The position numbers and the translations under genes were made by a program. Positions 31,692 to 40,932 of a stretch of 64,000 nt of DNA are shown here, piece after piece; positions within the stretch are counted from its first letter, which is position 1; the number at the start of each line of letters is the position of its first letter. The stretch is from an uncultured virus (IMG/VR IMGVR_UViG_3300034066_002051) (lineage: Duplodnaviria > Heunggongvirae > Uroviricota > Caudoviricetes). The stretch is from the IMG/VR virus record IMGVR_UViG_3300034066_002051; one strand, written 5' to 3'. Under the pieces are notes generated by a model. The model ran no database searches, was not told where the DNA came from, and saw only the letters and a list, made by a program, of their open reading frames with translations.

Positions 31692-32056
31692 CCACCAGCC
31701 ATTCCACCGACATTATAACCAGGAGGATAGGAGGTGCCGGGAATATCAGTAGTAGTATTTTCTTCTCTTAATCCAGTTGCCAAGGGTGATTCTGCAGAGG
31801 AGGGTTTATTAGCCCAATTTTGCCATCCCCACATATCCTCTGGAGCTAAGACATGCGGGGATTGGGGAGTGTTTTTTGCCATATTGGCCCGTGTAATCTG
31901 CCTAGGACCAGAATTAACTCTATTAGAGGATCTTAAATACTCTTCTTGGGAGAGTTGTTGACGAACTAAAGAATTTATCTGAGTATCTGTAGATCTATAA
32001 TCGGAATTTTGACGGAGTCGTTGCCAAGACTCATATGGATTATTATTTACCGCCAT
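31661..32056 (-). CDS. hypothetical protein
   Basis: start reassigned to ATG 32056 (MAVNNN), 24 nt downstream of GTTTAAA at 32081-32087; ends GGCNSCRRRRY. Confidence 0.5.
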   Translation of the reverse strand: MAVNNNPYESWQRLRQNSDYRSTDTQINSLVRQQLSQEEYLRSSNRVNSGPRQITRANMAKNTPQSPHVLAPEDMWGWQNWANKPSSAESPLATGLREENTTTDIPGTSYPPGYNVGGMAGGCNSCRRRRY

Positions 32057-32080
32057 ACCGATTTTTTTCTCTATTTTAAA

Positions 32081-32101
32081 TTTAAACAAAGGGGTTTAAA
32101 G
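32081..32101. promoter_or_regulatory. divergent pair of putative late promoters
   Basis: TTTAAAC at 32081-32087 (minus) and GTTTAAAG at 32094-32101 (plus, ATG 32124). Confidence 0.55.
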
Positions 32102-32123
32102 AATTGGACATTATATAAACACT

Positions 32124-32480
32124 ATGGCAATAAGCAAAATGTCAAGAGTCTCTCATGATGAAGAGGTGGGATTTGAAGACGACGCATTTGACTTTGGCGA
32201 ACCTGAAGTAATTCCGGTAGAAATTGCCTCCGGTAAGTTTCTTTGTTTAAAAGAACCCTCTGCTGATGATCTTATTGAGATCTCACGTATCTCTGAAGAT
32301 AAAAAAATCTCTGAGGTAGAAGCTACGTTGCAAACTATCTGTATTCTTCATTCACCATCTCCTGGTCAAAAAAGACTTACATTGAAAGACGCAAAAAGAC
32401 TTCGTGCAAGACAGCTTAAAATGCTTGGAGCGGCCATTAATCAACTCCTAGGACTTGGAGGAGATGAAGAAACGTCATGA
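32124..32480 (+). CDS. putative tail assembly chaperone
   Basis: LKEPSADDLIEI and DAKRLRARQLKMLGAAINQLLG resemble Mu gp41-type chaperones; upstream of sheath. Confidence 0.5.
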   Translation: MAISKMSRVSHDEEVGFEDDAFDFGEPEVIPVEIASGKFLCLKEPSADDLIEISRISEDKKISEVEATLQTICILHSPSPGQKRLTLKDAKRLRARQLKMLGAAINQLLGLGGDEETS

Positions 32481-32913
32481 ATTTGAAGTAGTTCGTAATC
32501 ATGATTACACAATTACAGTAAAAGACTCCAAGGGAAGAAAAATACTTTTTAGAGATATAACTGGACAAGACCTAGAATACTTAGATCTCATTCTAGATAA
32601 TGAAGGGCAGGAAATAAATGAAGAACAAAAAAGAGTATCATTTGATGATATTCAAAATATCCTCACTCTATTGAGCATAGATAGGATAAATTTTGGAGTT
32701 TTTACTCAGAGAATAATAATCGGGATATTTAATTGCGTAAAGGAGCACATCTTATGCAACTATATCCCTAAATACTCCTGGTTAAAAGCCTGTTATGGTA
32801 TACAAAATGGATCATTTGTTAATGTGCTAGAAATGGAGAAAGTTCCAATGACAAAATTTATTGCCATGACACAGATCCATAAGGACGCAATGGATTCTAT
32901 TAAAAATGACTGA
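32465..32913 (+). CDS. hypothetical protein, possibly tail-assembly related
   Basis: frame of ORF 32455..32913; probable start at the MKKRHEF ATG near 32465 after GGAGG. Confidence 0.5.
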
Positions 32914-33148
32914 TTCAGATAAGCTAAAATTAATTATCATTTTATGCTCTATCTGTATCGAGCAGGATCAAACTGAATTAAAGTCTTTTGTAAAAGTATG
33001 CGCAAGATACGTAGATACAAATGATTTTAATAAAATTTTACGTAAATCAATGAAACTTCTTGAGTATAAGAGATGTGGCCATAGCTCATGTCCAGATTGG
33101 TTGATGAATGAGCTTTTTCTTTTATACAAAAAAGATATTATCGTATAA
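32906..33148 (+). CDS. hypothetical protein
   Basis: 80-aa ORF overlapping the upstream stop. Confidence 0.5.
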   Translation: MTDSDKLKLIIILCSICIEQDQTELKSFVKVCARYVDTNDFNKILRKSMKLLEYKRCGHSSCPDWLMNELFLLYKKDIIV

Positions 33149-33211
33149 ACAAGTTATAATTCGCTGTTTGTTTAAGGATAATAGTGAAAGATATAGTGTC
33201 TTCAAATCTCT

Positions 33212-36200
33212 ATGGCCAATCCAATCAGAATCAATGCCGCGACATTGAATAGGCCGGGGGTCTTTGTTGCTCAGGCAACAACTGGCTCTCTTCCGCAGCC
33301 CATTGCAACTCATGCAGTGGGATATATCTTTGGTACTACACCCACCGAAGATTATTATGGAGAAGACGCTATTAATGCCTATTCTGCTCTTGAGCCCTAC
33401 GCCCCTACTCAAATCGGTTCAGTTGCCGATTATCTTGAGAAGGTTGGTGGAAGTGTTCCTGTAGGGAACAAAGGTGCTCTTGCATCATACGATGCTGTTA
33501 GAGCTTTCTTTGATAATGTAGGTGTTAATGGTATCCTCTATTTTACTAGAGTAACTCCAACTCCTGAAACCGTTGTAGACATCGCCGCTTCAGGTGCTGG
33601 CGCTGGATATAACGCTTTTGCAATTAAGATTAATGGTAGGTATTTCGGAACCCCGATCGGAGTTAACGATAATGAGGGTGATGAAATTCGTGTAATCACA
33701 ACAACTGCTCTTGATGCAGTAGATAACGCTCGTGATCTGTATCTTTTCCTTGCTGGGAATGGTGATGGTTTCGCTGATTATTATCGCATTGAGCAGAATG
33801 CCACCGAGGCAACTCAGGGTAAATTTAGAATTCTTTCTAAAGATACCAGAAGTCTTCCTCAGATTGATAAGTTTGTAGCTTATCAATTTAGCGATACTAC
33901 TTACGCTTCTCCTTTAAATCTTAATACGCAGTCTGTTGTTAAGTTCTATACTTCGGTAAAAGAGATTAACTTCCGTTGTGTATCTAGAGACCAAGCTACA
34001 GGAGAGGGTGTACTCTTTGTATCTGGAAGTCAACTTAGTTCTTTCCTTCTTGAAAGTTCTACAGAATATAATGCCGGAACTACGGCTTTTGACTCGGTTA
34101 ATGACACTGTAACATTAGACAGTTCAACTGGACTTGCCAATGGTGATAAGGTTGTTCTTGAAACAACAAATGCAGGAACATTAAATCTTACACTTAATTC
34201 AGTATATTACGTAGTTAATAAGTCTGGAAATGCGATTCAACTTGCAACATCTTCTGGAGGCACATTTGTACAGATTACAGGTGCTCCTGGAACTGCTGTA
34301 ACGGTTAGAAAACTCGCTTATGACCCCGCGACTGATCAGTCTGCTATCGTTAAGGCTTTCTTAATCGATCAGAACGTGTACGCAGATGCTGCTTCTATCC
34401 CTGATAATAAGATCGTTGCTGTTTCTAAGGATCTTTCCACCGGAAACACAGTTCCTACATCTTGGGCTGATGCAAGTGCTGCTTACTGGTCCTACGACCT
34501 CGGCACTACGACTTTTGCCAAGATTCAAAGTGGTGGACAAGATGCAGTTCCAAGTGGCGAAGTTACAACTCTTGGTGGCATAACCACTCGCAATGGATAT
34601 CTTCCCGACTCAGTTCAGGCATTTTATGTCAATGTAGCTGGTGAAGATCGCGTAATCATTGTTAATGGAGCTAAGCCAGATGATCTAGCTAATGCTCTTA
34701 GAGACCAACTTCAAGCAATCCTAACCGAGAAAGAACTTGATGGATATTATGAAGTTGAAGCAGTTGCTACTGGAACTAATGTTTCTGGGGACACCTACGT
34801 TCCTAACAATGGTCACCAAGTTGCTCTTCTTACAGCCGATGCAGGTGCTCCGTATCTTCGTCCAGAACTTGATGAAATTGCACTCACTGGTTCAATTGCA
34901 ATTAGTGGTGGTACCGTAACAGGAACCTTAACCTCATTTACAACTGAACTCGCTGAAGGTGATATCTTCACTGCTAATGGAATTAGATTCACTGTTACTG
35001 GCGTAACAGATAATGACACAGCCACTGTAACACCCGCAAATGTAACTATTACAGCAGGTGCTTCTTACGCGCTTGATAAATCAGTTCCTAATGGTTTCTA
35101 TTCGCATGAATATGTACTCAAGGTTAAGGTAACTTCTCGTAATGGCGTAAGTTCTCCGATTAATCCTGGAACAACAAGAGCTGGTCTTCCCGACTCTAAT
35201 GTTATCAAATTAGTTTCAGTTGATCAGAACCCCGGTTATGAGTCATATAAGTACACTCTAAATGCAAAGGCAAATGATTTTGTCTATGCCATCGAACAGG
35301 GTATGGATTCTAGAGTATTAGCTCCTGGTTTCCTCTTGGCTCCTGAGGCTTATACAGTTCTCACATATGAGGCTGGTGGTGATCTTGCAAGCAAAACCGA
35401 AGCTCGTCAAGAGCGGGTTAAAGTTACTCAAGCCCTTCTTAAGGCTGCAGAGGGTAAACTCGGTTCTACTGAAGGAATCGTTGGAACACAACATCTCGCT
35501 CTGATCGACTGCGGAGCTGATGAGATTTCTCTCACCAATGTCCAAGATGAACTTGATTATCTCAAGGGTATCGCTGGTGCTCCATATGGCCATGGCGCGT
35601 TCTATGCCCCATATGTGAAGAATCTTGATGATCGCTATATTGCTCCTTCAAGTTATGTAGCAGGTATTGCCTGTTCGAGATATGTCAATGAAGGTTTCCA
35701 GCAACCTCCCGCCGGCGCTCGTTATCCACTACGTGGTGCAGCTGGACTGAAATTTGAAATTTCTGCTCAGCAACAAGAAGTTACTTATGCCTTAGGTCTG
35801 AACCCAATTCGTTCACTTCCTAACCGCGGTATCGTAACTTGGGGGGCTAGAACTCTTTCCCCCAATCCTCTGTTTAAATTTGTTAATACTCGTGCTATTC
35901 TCAATGTTCTCATTGATGTCCTAGGACGTAGTTTTGACGACATCCTATTTGAGCAGATTGATTCAGCGGGCACAGTATACGCGAGAGTTAAGTCTATTGC
36001 CTCACAGGTATGTGGACAATTCTTCCGTCAAGGCGCGTTATTTGGCTCGAGACCAGAACAGGCCTATCTTGTGGTTTGTTCTTCAGCTAATAACACTAAC
36101 GAAGATCTTGAAAGAGGATCCGTACGACTGGATGTTTATGTGGCCACAAGCCCAACTCTCGAGCGTCTACTCGTTACTATCGTAAGAACCCCCGCGGGAC

Positions 36201-36280
36201 AAGTGGCTCAACTGAGCGACTCATTCTCCAGAAATGAAGAGAGATTTAACTATCTCCTCAACGCTGCGTCAGTATTCTGA
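33212..36280 (+). CDS. contractile tail sheath protein with large insertion domains
   Basis: N-terminal RPGVFV; C-terminal YAPYV, APSSYVAG, QPPAG, GLNPIRSLPNRGIVTWGARTLS, FVNTR, VYVATSPTLERL sheath motifs. Confidence 0.92.
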   Translation: MANPIRINAATLNRPGVFVAQATTGSLPQPIATHAVGYIFGTTPTEDYYGEDAINAYSALEPYAPTQIGSVADYLEKVGGSVPVGNKGALASYDAVRAFFDNVGVNGILYFTRVTPTPETVVDIAASGAGAGYNAFAIKINGRYFGTPIGVNDNEGDEIRVITTTALDAVDNARDLYLFLAGNGDGFADYYRIEQNATEATQGKFRILSKDTRSLPQIDKFVAYQFSDTTYASPLNLNTQSVVKFYTSVKEINFRCVSRDQATGEGVLFVSGSQLSSFLLESSTEYNAGTTAFDSVNDTVTLDSSTGLANGDKVVLETTNAGTLNLTLNSVYYVVNKSGNAIQLATSSGGTFVQITGAPGTAVTVRKLAYDPATDQSAIVKAFLIDQNVYADAASIPDNKIVAVSKDLSTGNTVPTSWADASAAYWSYDLGTTTFAKIQSGGQDAVPSGEVTTLGGITTRNGYLPDSVQAFYVNVAGEDRVIIVNGAKPDDLANALRDQLQAILTEKELDGYYEVEAVATGTNVSGDTYVPNNGHQVALLTADAGAPYLRPELDEIALTGSIAISGGTVTGTLTSFTTELAEGDIFTANGIRFTVTGVTDNDTATVTPANVTITAGASYALDKSVPNGFYSHEYVLKVKVTSRNGVSSPINPGTTRAGLPDSNVIKLVSVDQNPGYESYKYTLNAKANDFVYAIEQGMDSRVLAPGFLLAPEAYTVLTYEAGGDLASKTEARQERVKVTQALLKAAEGKLGSTEGIVGTQHLALIDCGADEISLTNVQDELDYLKGIAGAPYGHGAFYAPYVKNLDDRYIAPSSYVAGIACSRYVNEGFQQPPAGARYPLRGAAGLKFEISAQQQEVTYALGLNPIRSLPNRGIVTWGARTLSPNPLFKFVNTRAILNVLIDVLGRSFDDILFEQIDSAGTVYARVKSIASQVCGQFFRQGALFGSRPEQAYLVVCSSANNTNEDLERGSVRLDVYVATSPTLERLLVTIVRTPAGQVAQLSDSFSRNEERFNYLLNAASVF

Positions 36281-36283
36281 TAA

Positions 36284-38212
36284 ATGAAAGAACACGTACT
36301 TAATTCTAAAGAGCCCCTTTCATCTCAACAACCCCGAAAGGTTGTTTTTATTGAGATGTTTAGGGCTGGTCCTCAGATCTCCTCAACTGGCCAGAAAATG
36401 GTCTTTACTGAGGATGATCTTGAGCAGGTTGTAAATACATACAATCCAGAACAGCATGAAGCTCCGTTGATTATTGGCCATGACCAAGATGACGGAACTC
36501 CCGCTCTTGGTTGGGTACGTAAAGTCTGGAGAAAAGGCAAAGAGCTTTGGGGTAAGGTCGAACTTACCCCCAAGGCCGAAAAGCTAATACGAGATGGAGT
36601 TTTTAAAAAAGTAAGTAGTTCATTTTACTTACCAGAAGCGGAAACAAATCCCACACCTGGGAACTTAGCCCTTAGGCATCTTGGATTGGTTTCAATCCCA
36701 GCGGTTAAAGGGCTAACCGCTTTTTCCGAAATTTCCGATTCGGAAACTATCACATTCACCCCCTCCGAAGGGGAGTCTTCTATTTCGTTTAAAGAAAACT
36801 TAGGAAAAAATCAAACTATGGCCAGGAAAAGAACCAAAACAGAAACTCCTACTTCGGTGATCGAACACTCCGAAGGGGGAATGACTGTTAATATTAACAT
36901 TGGTGGCGGAGGTACATCTGGCGCTAATGTATACGATGATAACGGAAATAAGATCTCTGAAACCGGCGCGCCTGCTGAATATGACATGGACTATGGCATG
37001 GATGCAGAGATGCCCACCGAAGATCCCATGATGAGTATGGCTGATGAGCCCCCTACTGACGATGCTGATAGCACCGATGCTGACGGGGACGGAACTCCAG
37101 ATGCCATGGATTCTGATGATGATGGCGACGGAACTCCAGATGCCATGGATTCAGATACCGATACCCAAGGTGGAGATATGCCTCCGGCTGGTGCTGATAC
37201 ACCGGCTGAGCCTGCTGAAGAAGGTGGAGATGAGGGTCCTGAAATGGAAACCGACGACGTGTCGGGAGATATGGAAGGAGATGATCAAAAGATCGCTCAA
37301 CTCGCCTCAGAATACGAAATTGATGAGCTAATCAAGGCTCTAGCTCTTAAAACTGATGCTGCTTCCATGATGGAAGGTGATGGAATGTCTTATGGCGAAA
37401 TGCCCGAAGGACTTAAAAAGGCTATTGAAGCTAAAAAGGAAGGAAATGAAGGGGGAGATGAAGATGAAGAGAAAGAAACCGAGGATATGGGTGAAACGGT
37501 TAAGGAAGGTGAAAAGCCATCTGAAGCTGAGCATCCCACTTCCAAAGAAGTAAAGGGTGCTGAAGAACCTAAGGGAGAGCAAACTTACGCCGAAGAGGAA
37601 GCAGAGGAAGAAACTGAAGTTTCTGATAATGGTGAAGGATGCAAGAGCTATGAAGAGGACGAGGATGAAGAAGAGAAAAAGAAAATGAGCGATATGGCAG
37701 AAGAGACCTCACCAGAAGAGGCTACAGGAACTCTGGATCATAGCGAAAAAGCTATGGGAGTTCAGAGCAATCTACAAGCTCGGGTAGCCGAATTGGAAGA
37801 AGAACTTGCCAGACAGAAGAAGTTGATGAGAGAGAAGGAAATCTCTGATTTCTGCGAAACTCTCTATGGGGATGGCAAGCTTACTCAGCAAATCGTTCCT
37901 AAAACTGATCTAGTACGTTTCATGGAAACTCTTAATAATAAGAATTCCGTGAACTTCTCGGAGTCAGGTAAGACTTCACAATTTGATTTCTTTAAAAATG
38001 TTCTTGAGAATCTACCCTCAATGGTAAGTTTTGAAGAATTCGCAACCCAGGCTTCTGCTCCAGCAGCTAAGAAGTCAATCACACCTTCAGCTGATGGTTA
38101 TATCTACGACCCCTCAACCGCTGATCTCCACGTGCAAGCGTTGGAGTATGCCGAGAGCAAAGGCGTTGAATACACCGTAGCTCTGAAGGCAATTATCTCA
38201 GATAACTCATAA
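36284..38212 (+). CDS. Mu gpI-like prohead protease fused to acidic scaffold
   Basis: EAPLIIGH, PALGWV, FKKVSSSFY, LRHLGLVSIPAVKGL protease motifs; acidic middle; coiled-coil C-terminus. Confidence 0.85.
   Translation: MKEHVLNSKEPLSSQQPRKVVFIEMFRAGPQISSTGQKMVFTEDDLEQVVNTYNPEQHEAPLIIGHDQDDGTPALGWVRKVWRKGKELWGKVELTPKAEKLIRDGVFKKVSSSFYLPEAETNPTPGNLALRHLGLVSIPAVKGLTAFSEISDSETITFTPSEGESSISFKENLGKNQTMARKRTKTETPTSVIEHSEGGMTVNINIGGGGTSGANVYDDNGNKISETGAPAEYDMDYGMDAEMPTEDPMMSMADEPPTDDADSTDADGDGTPDAMDSDDDGDGTPDAMDSDTDTQGGDMPPAGADTPAEPAEEGGDEGPEMETDDVSGDMEGDDQKIAQLASEYEIDELIKALALKTDAASMMEGDGMSYGEMPEGLKKAIEAKKEGNEGGDEDEEKETEDMGETVKEGEKPSEAEHPTSKEVKGAEEPKGEQTYAEEEAEEETEVSDNGEGCKSYEEDEDEEEKKKMSDMAEETSPEEATGTLDHSEKAMGVQSNLQARVAELEEELARQKKLMREKEISDFCETLYGDGKLTQQIVPKTDLVRFMETLNNKNSVNFSESGKTSQFDFFKNVLENLPSMVSFEEFATQASAPAAKKSITPSADGYIYDPSTADLHVQALEYAESKGVEYTVALKAIISDNS
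36818..38212 (+). CDS. putative nested scaffolding protein (internal in-frame start, Mu gpZ-like)
   Basis: in-frame ATG (Met179, MARKRTK) preceded by AGGA at 36802-36805 and GTTTAAAG at 36787-36794. Confidence 0.55.
   Translation: MARKRTKTETPTSVIEHSEGGMTVNINIGGGGTSGANVYDDNGNKISETGAPAEYDMDYGMDAEMPTEDPMMSMADEPPTDDADSTDADGDGTPDAMDSDDDGDGTPDAMDSDTDTQGGDMPPAGADTPAEPAEEGGDEGPEMETDDVSGDMEGDDQKIAQLASEYEIDELIKALALKTDAASMMEGDGMSYGEMPEGLKKAIEAKKEGNEGGDEDEEKETEDMGETVKEGEKPSEAEHPTSKEVKGAEEPKGEQTYAEEEAEEETEVSDNGEGCKSYEEDEDEEEKKKMSDMAEETSPEEATGTLDHSEKAMGVQSNLQARVAELEEELARQKKLMREKEISDFCETLYGDGKLTQQIVPKTDLVRFMETLNNKNSVNFSESGKTSQFDFFKNVLENLPSMVSFEEFATQASAPAAKKSITPSADGYIYDPSTADLHVQALEYAESKGVEYTVALKAIISDNS
37088..37152 (+). 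repeat. 26-nt exact direct repeat (39-nt period) encoding DxDGDGTPDAMDSD
   Basis: gacggaactccagatgccatggattc at 37088-37113 and 37127-37152. Confidence 0.9.
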
Positions 38213-38225
38213 GGAGTAAACTAAA

Positions 38226-38717
38226 ATGGCAACTGACCCACGTTATATGTCTTTTGACCACCAGTACGTTGAAACTGTGCAGACAACAGCCGCTGTTGAA
38301 GCTCACAGATTCGTAAAGCGTAATGGTGCTTATCCCGCTGCCGGCGCTTATGCTGCTGGTGTTAGCGTTTATGCTGCCCCTGGCCAAGGTGAACTCACCG
38401 CTAAGGGCTATCAGGTTGATGACGGATCCACCCTCGTTTACGAAGGTCAACTCAATCCTTCCACAACCCCTTTCAAAACTAGCGTATTCCCTTACCAAGG
38501 CCTTCTTTCAATCGTTACCTCCGGTATCGTAATTGTTGAAGTCGATGCCGCTTCTGCCGCTTTTGGTGTAGATGACGCTGTGTATGCTACTGCTACTGGA
38601 ACCGCTTCTAAGACCGCCGGTGCTGGCGTTGTTCTTGGTCGTGCTCTTGACACATCTGTGAATGCTACTGCAGGTCAGTACATTCGTGTCAAGCTCGGTA
38701 ACGAAGCTGGCGCTTGA
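38226..38717 (+). CDS. capsid cement/decoration protein (DUF2190-like)
   Basis: Ala/Gly-rich, AVEAHRFVK...VLGRALD...GQYIRVKL; sits between scaffold and capsid genes; AAGGAG RBS. Confidence 0.7.
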   Translation: MATDPRYMSFDHQYVETVQTTAAVEAHRFVKRNGAYPAAGAYAAGVSVYAAPGQGELTAKGYQVDDGSTLVYEGQLNPSTTPFKTSVFPYQGLLSIVTSGIVIVEVDAASAAFGVDDAVYATATGTASKTAGAGVVLGRALDTSVNATAGQYIRVKLGNEAGA

Positions 38718-38744
38718 TAGATACTTAAAGGAGAGTAATTAACT

Positions 38745-39725
38745 ATGATGAATCTAGATCAGGTCCGCGTAATTGACCCAATTCTTACGCAACTCGCCCA
38801 AGGCTACAAAAATGCTGAAGGCGTAGCTACATTTTTCGCTCCCTCGGTATCTATGAATACCAGAGCTGGACGCACACTCGTTTTTGGTAAGGAGGCTTTT
38901 GCGGCTCAGTCGTTCCTCCGCGCTCCTGGAACTAACATCCAGAAGATCCAGAACGAATTCGGAACCCGTTCGTTCGCTCTCCGTCAGGAAGCGATCAGCT
39001 GGGAAATCGCCGAAGAAGTCGCTGCTGAAGCCAAGAACGGCGCTGCTCAAATTGACCTTCGTCAGTTTGCTGCTAAGGACGCTGCCAACCGCCTCATGCA
39101 GTCTTGGGAAGTTCAGGTTGCTACTATTGTAACCGATTCTACCCAGTATGAGACTGGTAATGTTCTTGATCTTTCTACCTATAATGGTGGTGCTGATCAG
39201 TTCAATAGCCCAACTGCTGACGTTGAGGTCCTCATGGACGACGCCAAAGAGCAAGTTCGCTCTCAGATCGGTGTCTATCCTAACAAGATGGTTATCTCAC
39301 CTGACGCCTTTAACGCCCTCAAGCGTAACAAGCGTATTCGTGACTTCATGCAGCGCGGTGTTCTCGTTGATGAGAAGACCCTCGCTCAGATCTTTGGTCT
39401 TGACGAGATCCGCGTAGCACGTCGTCTTAAGCTTGCTGCTGATGGTACTCTTGAGAATATCTACAACAACGTTGCTGTTCTCTTCTACCATCCTTCAGGA
39501 GCTACCGATGGCTTCATGCCTGCTCTTGATGCCAACTATGGCAACCCTGCTTTCGCCTATACCTATACCCTCAGTGGCTATCCTATCGCCACTCCTGAGC
39601 GCTTCAACATCGAGCGCAGAGTATTCACCGGCGACATCCTTGTTGAGCGTAGCTTCGAGCTCGTTGGCATGGGTGAAAATGGCAAGTGTGGTTCTGGTTT
39701 CATCTTCAACAACCCTGTTGCCTGA
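38745..39725 (+). CDS. major capsid protein
   Basis: 326 aa; VIDPILTQLAQGY, GVYPNKMVIS and PAFAYTY motifs; AAGGAG RBS; C-ending codon preference of a highly expressed gene; terminator follows. Confidence 0.88.
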   Translation: MMNLDQVRVIDPILTQLAQGYKNAEGVATFFAPSVSMNTRAGRTLVFGKEAFAAQSFLRAPGTNIQKIQNEFGTRSFALRQEAISWEIAEEVAAEAKNGAAQIDLRQFAAKDAANRLMQSWEVQVATIVTDSTQYETGNVLDLSTYNGGADQFNSPTADVEVLMDDAKEQVRSQIGVYPNKMVISPDAFNALKRNKRIRDFMQRGVLVDEKTLAQIFGLDEIRVARRLKLAADGTLENIYNNVAVLFYHPSGATDGFMPALDANYGNPAFAYTYTLSGYPIATPERFNIERRVFTGDILVERSFELVGMGENGKCGSGFIFNNPVA

Positions 39726-39747
39726 GCCTAATCACTATAATCTCTTT

Positions 39748-39771
39748 GAGGCCTTCGGGCCTCTTTTTTTT
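39748..39771 (+). terminator. rho-independent terminator
   Basis: GAGGCC-TTCG-GGCCTC followed by a T run, just after the capsid gene. Confidence 0.9.
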
Positions 39772-40093
39772 ATGGTGATAAGAAAAAATCTACCTTAGCT
39801 TTGAGTTCGTGAAGTTTTGCGATATTTACTTCATAAATTCTATTGCTTAGTGGATCATTATTATCTCCAAAGAGTGTCTCTAACTGTACCTCAAGATGGA
39901 CCGTTGAGTTTAAATACTCATCGAGTTTATCGGAGATTTGACGGACAATCTTAGGATCCGAATCATAGATATCTGAAACTGCTTTTTTAAGATAAGATAC
40001 AGTTCTTCTAATTACGAATGTATCTGTTCTTATATTCCTATTTAAGGCTAATTCTAAGGACTTAAGATAGGCGCTATGTAGACTCATACGCAT
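39770..40093 (-). CDS. hypothetical protein
   Basis: 107-aa ORF convergent on the capsid terminator; TGGTATAAT immediately upstream. Confidence 0.5.
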   Translation of the reverse strand: MRMSLHSAYLKSLELALNRNIRTDTFVIRRTVSYLKKAVSDIYDSDPKIVRQISDKLDEYLNSTVHLEVQLETLFGDNNDPLSNRIYEVNIAKLHELKAKVDFFLSP

Positions 40094-40137
40094 AATTATA
40101 CCATAGTTTAAAGTTCTAGTAGGAATAGACTTAAATT

Positions 40138-40932
40138 ATGCCGAATTCTCCTTATCCAGACAAGTTTGGAGTAGCGGATAATTGTAATCCGGCAACTGTG
40201 GATTACTTTATTGAGGTTTTTGGATATCAAGAAGCCGTGGAGTTGTCAAATATTGACAATCCAACAGGAAATAATATCAATTTTGATAAGATCCAAATTG
40301 CTCTTAATGATGCTGCGACGTTAATTAATAATTATATACTAACGGCCCCACCTCAAGGGAAGATTCTTATTGCTGGGTCTTATCGTCGTACCCAGGCCAT
40401 CTTGGCTCGATGGTATTTAGATATTCTCCGCCCACGTCAACAAGTAATTGATGCTGCTGAACAAGCTCTTCAGCAACTCGAATTATGGGCGGCTAAAGCC
40501 TCTCCATCCACCGGACTTAAATGGCAAGAAGCATATCGCTATTGGGGCGGTGCTTGCTCAATGACTAAGAGTTCCTATAGAAGGGGTAGAAGTTTCACGG
40601 AAAATTCCACAAATCGTTGGGTTCAAAGAGAAGGCGGAAATAATCGTTTCTTCCAATTCCCACGTAAAGAAGCCATGTCCTCACCACGGACATATTCAGA
40701 AGCTCTTGATGGAAACGCACTTGGCATTGAAACAACAATGCCCGGATCGGCTCTTGATATTAATCAACTAGTAGATGCACTTGAATCCACAAGAGATCTC
40801 TCTGCGTTTACAAATACTTCAGATGCTGTTGATCCACAAGACGGAGATACACTTAACGCAATAAATACCACGGAAACTGCCGATGGTACATTTGATAATT
40901 ACGACGGATTACAAACAGGAGACACGTTCTAA
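40138..40932 (+). CDS. head-tail adaptor, Mu gp36/DUF1320-like, with C-terminal extension
   Basis: FGYQEAVELSN, IQIALNDAATLINNYI, ILARWYL gp36-like pattern; GTTTAAAG at 40106-40113. Confidence 0.75.
   Translation: MPNSPYPDKFGVADNCNPATVDYFIEVFGYQEAVELSNIDNPTGNNINFDKIQIALNDAATLINNYILTAPPQGKILIAGSYRRTQAILARWYLDILRPRQQVIDAAEQALQQLELWAAKASPSTGLKWQEAYRYWGGACSMTKSSYRRGRSFTENSTNRWVQREGGNNRFFQFPRKEAMSSPRTYSEALDGNALGIETTMPGSALDINQLVDALESTRDLSAFTNTSDAVDPQDGDTLNAINTTETADGTFDNYDGLQTGDTF

Noticed and set aside
32440..32480. Programmed frameshift joining the chaperone to the next ORF (lambda G/GT-like)
   Set aside because: No slippery heptamer or G run seen in the overlap, and the downstream ORF has its own GGAGG plus ATG
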